Source: the human T2T-CHM13v2.0 reference genome, Homo sapiens. Taken from it: a DNA stretch of 64,000 nucleotides. This document shows, piece after piece, positions 53,889 to 64,000 of this stretch; positions within the stretch are counted from its first letter, which is position 1; every line of letters starts with the position of its first letter. The stretch lies in assembly GCF_009914755.1 (NCBI RefSeq), contig NC_060935.1, one strand, 5' to 3'. Made by a program: the position numbers and the translations under genes. The notes beneath the pieces are model-generated. The model was not told the DNA's origin. It saw nothing but the letters and a program-made list of their open reading frames with translations, and searched no databases.

Positions 53889-54596
53889 GCGAGCTATAGC
53901 GCCCCTTTGGGCCCCCACCCCACCTTCTGGGCAGCTTCCCTGCAGACACCCCAGTTATGGGGGCTAGGGACCCAAAAGAGACATCCTTCTGCCACCCAGA
54001 GCTGCCCTGGCGAGGTGCACTATGGGGCCGCCGACAGCTGCGTGGCTGCCGAGGGCGGAAAGGAGAAACTGTCATGTCCCGATAGGGCCGCGCGAGGTCT
54101 CCATCCTCGACAACGCTAATAACAAAGACGTGTGCTCCTCTTTGCTTGGTTCCCCCCACTCCTTTAAATCACAGATTTCACTTCAGTTTATCTGTGTCGC
54201 TGTCACACGTGGGGTGGCTCCCAGTCAGCTGGTTTGGCAAAGTTTCTGGATGATTACGGAATAACATGTGTCCCCAACCCGCAGAGCAGGTTGTGGGGGC
54301 AATGTTGCATTGACCAGCGTCAGAGAACACACATCAGAGGCAAGGGTGGGTGTGCAGGAGGGAGAAGGCGCAGAAGGCAGGGCTTTAGCTCAGCACTCTC
54401 CCTCCTGCCATGCTCTGCCTGACCGTTCCCTCTCTGAGTCCCAAACAGCCAGGTAGAGGAGGAAGAAATGGGGCTGAGACCCCAGCACATCAGTGATTAA
54501 GTCAGGATCAGGTGCGGTTTCCTGCTCAGGTGCTGAGACAGCAGGCGGTGTCCTGCAAACAACAGGAGGCACCTGAAGCTAGCCTGGGGGGCCCAC

Positions 54597-56654
54597 GCCC
54601 AGGTGCGGTGCATTCAGCAGCACAGCCAGAGACAGACCCCAATGACCCCGCCTCCCTGTCGGCAGCCAGTGCTCTGCACAGAGCCCTGAGCAGCCTCTGG
54701 ACATTAGTCCCAGCCCCAGCACGGCCCGTCCCCCACGCTGATGTCACCGCACCCAGACCTTGGAGGCCCCCTCCGGCTCCGCCTCCTGGGAGAAGGCTCT
54801 GGAGTGAGGAGGGGAGGGCAGCAGTGCTGGCTGGACAGCTGCTCTGGGCAGGAGAGAGAGGGAGAGACAAGAGACACACACAGAGAGACGGCGAGGAAGG
54901 GAAAGACCCAGAGGGACGCCTAGAACGAGACTTGGAGCCAGACAGAGGAAGAGGGGACGTGTGTTTGCAGACTGGCTGGGCCCGTGACCCAGCTTCCTGA
55001 GTCCTCCGTGCAGGTGGCAGCTGTACCAGGCTGGCAGGTCACTGAGAGTGGGCAGCTGGGCCCCAGGTAAGGATGGGCTGCCCACTGTCCTGGGCATTGG
55101 GAGGGGTTTGGATGTGGAGGAGTCATGGACTTGAGCTACCTCTAGAGCCTCTGCCCCACAGCCACTTGCTCCTGGGACTGGGCTTCCTGCCACCCTTGAG
55201 GGCTCAGCCACCACAGCCACTGAATGAAACTGTCCCGAGCCTGGGAAGATGGATGTGTGTCCCCTGGAGGAGGGAAGAGCCAAGGAGCATGTTGTCCATC
55301 GAATCTTCTCTGAGCTGGGGCTGGGGTTAGTGGCATCCTGGGGCCAGGGGAATAGACATGCTGTGGTGGCAGAGAGAAGAGTCCGTTCTCTCTGTCTCCT
55401 TTGCTTTCTCTCTGACACTCTTTATCTCCGTTTTTGGATAAGTCACTTCCTTCCTCTATGCCCCAAATATCCCATCTGTGAAATGGGAGTATGAAGCCCC
55501 AACAGCCAGGGTTGTAGTGGGGAAGAGGTAAAATCAGGTATAGACATAGAAATACAAATACAGTCTATGCCCCCTGTTGTCAGTTGGAAAAGAAATTAAC
55601 TTGAAGGTGGTCTAGTTCTCATTTTTAGAAATGAAATGTCTGTCTGGTCATTTTAAAATGTGGCCCTTAAATTTCACGCCCTCACCGCTCTCCCCCATCC
55701 CTTGGAGCCCCATGTCTCTAGTGAAAGCACTGGCTCTGCCCCCAGCCCTCATGGCTCATGCTGGCATAGGGCGCCTGCTCCACAGCCTGGGCACCATCTT
55801 CAGACAAGTGCCCGGTGGCAACTGCCTGCTGGCCCTGTTGAATCCACATCTCCACCAGGCATCCAGACTAGTTCAGGTCTCTGGAAGGACCGTGGGTTTG
55901 CTGTGTCCCAGAGCTCCAGGGCAGGGGTCAGGGCTCAGATGTCGGGCAGTGTCATGGGCAGAGGATCGAATGCCCCGGCGGCTCTGAATGGGCCCTTGTG
56001 AAAAATTGATGCGCATTCTAGGAGACAGGTTGGGAGCCAGAGGGGCCTCATACCAGGGTCTGTAGGCTGGGGCTGCCTTTTAAGCTCCTTCCTGAGGCCG
56101 TCTCTGGGTCTGGCCCTGTGCTGGACAAGGCTGGAGACAAGGCAATGTCTCAGACCCTCTCCCATTGGCCACATCCTGCCCTGGATCAACTCGCCAACTT
56201 TGGGGGCAGAGGTGGGACTGACCCTTACCCTGACAACATGATGCATATAGTCAAAATGGGATAAAGGGGAATATAGAGGCTCTTGGCAGCTTGGGAGTGG
56301 TCAGGGAAGGCTTCCTGGAGGAGGTATCATCTGAACTGAGCCATGAACCATAAGTGGAAATTCACTAGTCAAAATTTCAGGTAGAAGGGCCAGTGTGTGA
56401 AGGCCAGGAGATGGCAAGAGCTGGCGTATTTCAGGAACAGTGAGTCACTGAGGATGTCCAAGTATAAGGGTAGGAAAGGGAGTGAGCAGTGAGAGAAAAG
56501 ACCGAGGCATCAGCAGGGGCCAGATTGTGCTGGGCCTAGCGGGGCGGGCCCGGGCGCGGGCCCAGGCCCAGGTGCGGTGCATTCAGCAGCACAGCCAGAG
56601 ACAGACCCCAATGACCCTGCCTCCCCGTCAGCAGCCAGTGCTCTGCACAGAGCC
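54597..56654 (+). repeat. 89-bp direct repeat pair (54597-54685 and 56566-56654) flanking MYO7A exon 1
   Basis: 86/89 identical by manual alignment. Confidence 0.95.
54823..55066 (+). other. MYO7A: MYO7A exon 1 (non-coding 5' UTR; TSS approximate)
   Basis: Sequence recognised as the MYO7A mRNA 5' end (AGTGCTGGCTGGACAGCTGCTC...); strong donor CAG|gtaagg. Confidence 0.85.
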
Positions 56655-57211
56655 ATCCTGAGGGCAGTGGGTGCTCTTGAGAGGTTTCAGGCAGGGTGTG
56701 CTGTGAGCAGGTCATGCCCAGCCCTTGACCTTCTGCTCAGTCAGGCTTGTCCTTGTCACCCACATTCCTGGGGCAGTCCCTAAGCTGAGTGCCGGAGATT
56801 AAGTCCTAGTCCTAAATTTGCTCTGGCTAGCTGTGTGACCCTGGGCAAGTCTTGGTCCCTCTCTGGGCCCCTTTGCCGTAGGTCCCTGGTGGGGCCAGAC
56901 TTGCTACTTTCTAGGAGCCCTTTGGGAATCTCTGAATGACAGTGGCTGAGAGAAGAATTCAGCTGCTCTGGGCAGTGGTGCTGGTGACAGTGGCTGAGGC
57001 TCAGGTCACACAGGCTGGGCAGTGGTCAGAGGGAGAGAAGCCAAGGAGGGTTCCCTTGAGGGAGGAGGAGCTGGGGCTTTGGGAGGAGCCCAGGTGACCC
57101 CAGCCAGGCTCAAGGCTTCCAGGGCTGGCCTGCCCAGAAGCATGACATGGTCTCTCTCCCTGCAGAACTGTGCCTGGCCCAGTGGGCAGCAGGAGCTCCT
57201 GACTTGGGACC

Positions 57212-57229
57212 ATGGTGATTCTTCAGCAG
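57212..57229 (+). CDS. MYO7A: Myosin VIIA first coding exon (exon 2 = 57166-57229; MVILQQ); gene continues beyond the window
   Basis: Acceptor tctctctccctgcag|AACTG, Kozak accATGG, MVILQQ is the myosin-7a N-terminus, donor CAG|gtcagt; position immediately downstream of CAPN5/OMP. Confidence 0.93.
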
Positions 57230-58344
57230 GTCAGTGTTCCCACCTCTTTGGGTGGCCTGTCCTCCCCAGGCCATATCCCCTCATCCATATGCTTACCCGT
57301 GGGACACCCTCCCCAGGGTGTTCTCTTGGAAAATTCCTGCCTAGGCTTCCAAACCCAGCCCTCCAGGCTGAGGCCTAGTCTGAAACCTGTTCCCTCTGCT
57401 GTGCCAGCTGGGGTTTCCTTCTCTCACTGGCTCACCCCACTGGGCAGAAATGAGTTTATTTACACACATCTCTGGATCCCAGGCAGTGGAACAGCATGTG
57501 CAAAGGCCCAGGTGTGGGAAGGTCCCTGGGGAAGAGGAGAGGAGGTTGGCAAGGCTCCCAAAGCCAGGCCAGGAAGGGCCCTGAGCCCAACTTATTCTTA
57601 GGGCCTTGGGGAGCAGTGACTGGAGGGCGGGGGGTGACAAGGCTTGAGCTGGAGCCCCCTGGGATTTTATGGGAAGAAGCAGAGGTGCTGGCCCGAGCTG
57701 AGTCCTCCAGCCCCCCTTCCTACTGAGGGCCACAGTGGCCTCTGACCCTCAGCCCTTCCCCGTGATCAGTCTGAGGCTCTAATGAGCTCCTGGCCTCCAG
57801 AGCAGGAGCCAGGAATGTGGGCCCTGAGCCAGGTGGGCCTGGCAGCAGGCCGTAGGGCTTGTGGGGCTGTGCATTATGGGGGCTTGGCCAGCAGCTTCTC
57901 GGTCTCCAGGGTCACCAGAGGCCAATGGCTCAGCCTTGCCTGGCCACCCTGAGGCTGCACGGACCAGCATGTTTGCATATGAGTGCGTGCGCGTGTGTGT
58001 GTCTGTGTGTGTGAGTGAGAGGCAGGCTTCAGGGCAGCATCAGGACAGACATTCTTCTATCCCAGGGGCTGGAGGAGACCCCCTTTAGAGCCCCTTGGCC
58101 TGAGAGCCTGTTCAAACGCCCATTAGAGATGGGCAGGATCTAGGAGAGGAAAAGTCCATTCGCTGAGTGTTTGCTGTGTGCCAGGGCCTGGGCCCCCATA
58201 GCCCTCCAGGGGCGTCCTCCCTCAGGGGGCCTCTGAGGCAGGCCTCTGGCTGATGGGACCTCCTCACCACCCCCTCCTCTCCTGCCCCTCTGAACGCTGA
58301 CCCACCTCCAGCTGTGGGTGGCCTCTGTTGGGAGCAAGTGTCTT

Positions 58345-59594
<1,250 letters not shown>

Positions 59595-59974
59595 TATTCC
59601 CTGCCCTGGAGGAGTTCCCAGACCTATGTGGGGAGACAGCTTAGAAACCTAGGAAAGGCACTGTGACAGTGAGTCTCCAGGGGGCACGGGGATGAGAGGG
59701 CACCTGGGAATGGGAGAGCCTTCTGCCCTCCCTGGGAGAGGGTGGACAGGGAAGGCCATGAGACAGCTGCAGCAGCCTCTCATGAACATACAGGGACTGA
59801 GGTCTCTGGAAGAAGGACTAGCCCAGCTGACTAGTGGCGCACCTGTGTGGCACACCTGACTCACATCTTTAAGGACCACAAGGAGGGCTTTTGTGCTTCA
59901 GTATGTCATGATTCCCAGCTTCATGGTGGTGCCAGGGTAGGGACTCTGTGTACTTGGCCCAGATTTGTGGGCAG

Positions 59975-62910
<2,936 letters not shown>

Positions 62911-64000
62911 CACTTGTGGAGAAGAGGCCTATTCCTCCAGCTCAAGGGTGGTCTCAGTAGTCGTTCTGGAACCAGGCAAGGTCAGGTTCTTAGCACCTTG
63001 CAGGGTCTCCCCCAGGGGACCTCTCTTTAGCCACCAGCCGCCAGACTTACTTTACAATCTCTTCCCTCTCTCCTCTGATTCTCTGAGTTTGCTGTTCCCT
63101 CTTCCTGGGATGCCCTTTCCCCTAATGTCTGCCTAAAAAAAAAATCTTAAAACCCAGCTGTCACCCCTAACACGACTCCCTTAGTTAACCATGGCTGGCA
63201 CTCATATACATTTGGTCTAACAGGCACCAATCTAGGTGCATTACGCATCTTAACCTGTTAAATCCTCACGAGCACGTGGAAGCAGTGTCATTTTGTCACC
63301 TGACGGATGAGGAAAGAAAGGAACATAGAGGTTGAGGAACTTGCCCAAGGTAACACAGCTTGTGAGTGGCTGAGCTGGGATTGAAACTAAGCCATCTGAC
63401 TCCAGGGTCCAAACTCTTAGTGGCCATGCTATCCTATGTCTCCGGGACTGATCTGCCTCTTATCTGGTGGTACCATCCTTATCTGTGCCTGGGTCTGTCC
63501 ACCACACCAGGCTGGGAGCTCTGAGGACATGTCTTGTTAACAGTGTCCTCTGTACTTTAGTCTGAACCTGTACTCAGTGAAGGTCGGTTATATGAACTCG
63601 TGGTAGAATGCCTGGAAGCTCACCACCAGCACTTCCTTGTGTCTGAGGTCTGGGTCCTGTCCCAATGTACTGCTATAGATGGGCGGGGAGAGATAGGTGT
63701 GCCTGTTTTCGGCTTGACTGGGGGAAGGACCTCTCCTGAGAGCGGTGTCCCTGAGAGGTCACAGGAAGTGAGTGGGAATCACTGATCAGTCAGCTTCGTG
63801 CTGGACAGCAGAGCCCTGGGTTCCCAAGGCTGGGACAGGGAGTGGGGTAGAACTGGGCCCATCCTGGGTGGCTCTGAGCCCTGTGTGAGGCATCACCGTC
63901 TTTTTCGTTGCCATTCCCCCCACCCAGTCCCCCGCCCCCACTCTCTGCCGTTGTTCATTCGTTGGGGAGCAGTTGGCTTCCAGGATACTAGGCAATGCAG

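Noticed and set aside
54517-54537. RE1/NRSE candidate on the minus strand upstream of MYO7A
   Set aside because: Only the left half-site (TCAGCACC) matches; the GGACAG half is missing.
54512-56783. Two ORFs sharing the peptide HSAAQPETDPNDPAS
   Set aside because: A by-product of the 89-bp DNA direct repeat; non-ATG starts and no evidence of a paralogous protein pair.
57212-57601. 129-aa ORF starting MVILQQ
   Set aside because: Only the first 6 codons are exonic; the rest reads through the donor into MYO7A intron 2.

Overview
Human genomic DNA from chr11q13.5; there is no prokaryotic content. The + strand carries the complete coding region of CAPN5 (calpain-5; 12 coding exons, 11254-50447, 640 aa, all GT-AG, phases add up to 1923 nt). 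The intronless OMP gene (29417-29908, here carrying Trp26) is nested on the same strand inside the large CAPN5 intron. About 2.1 kb after the distal CAPN5 poly(A) signal come the promoter, non-coding exon 1 and first coding exon of MYO7A. Repeats include a full-length antisense young SVA with target-site duplication (TSD) 3 kb upstream of OMP, about 18 Alus, old L1s, MER5A, MER63 and MIR/L2 relics. The least expected structure is a set of local non-Alu duplications. An inverted repeat with a 54-bp uninterrupted RNA-pairable core puts the symmetric 78-nt CAPN5 exon 7 in a hairpin loop, and a second stem bridges intron 7. MYO7A intron 2 holds a ~370-bp fold-back that predates an Alu insertion. 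A near-identical 89-bp direct repeat brackets the MYO7A TSS and exon 1. There is also an in-frame 120-nt candidate cassette exon in CAPN5 and a possible in-frame CAPN5-OMP splice. Gene identities come from recognising the proteins. Alignments and identities were done by eye, and every functional interpretation is untested inference.
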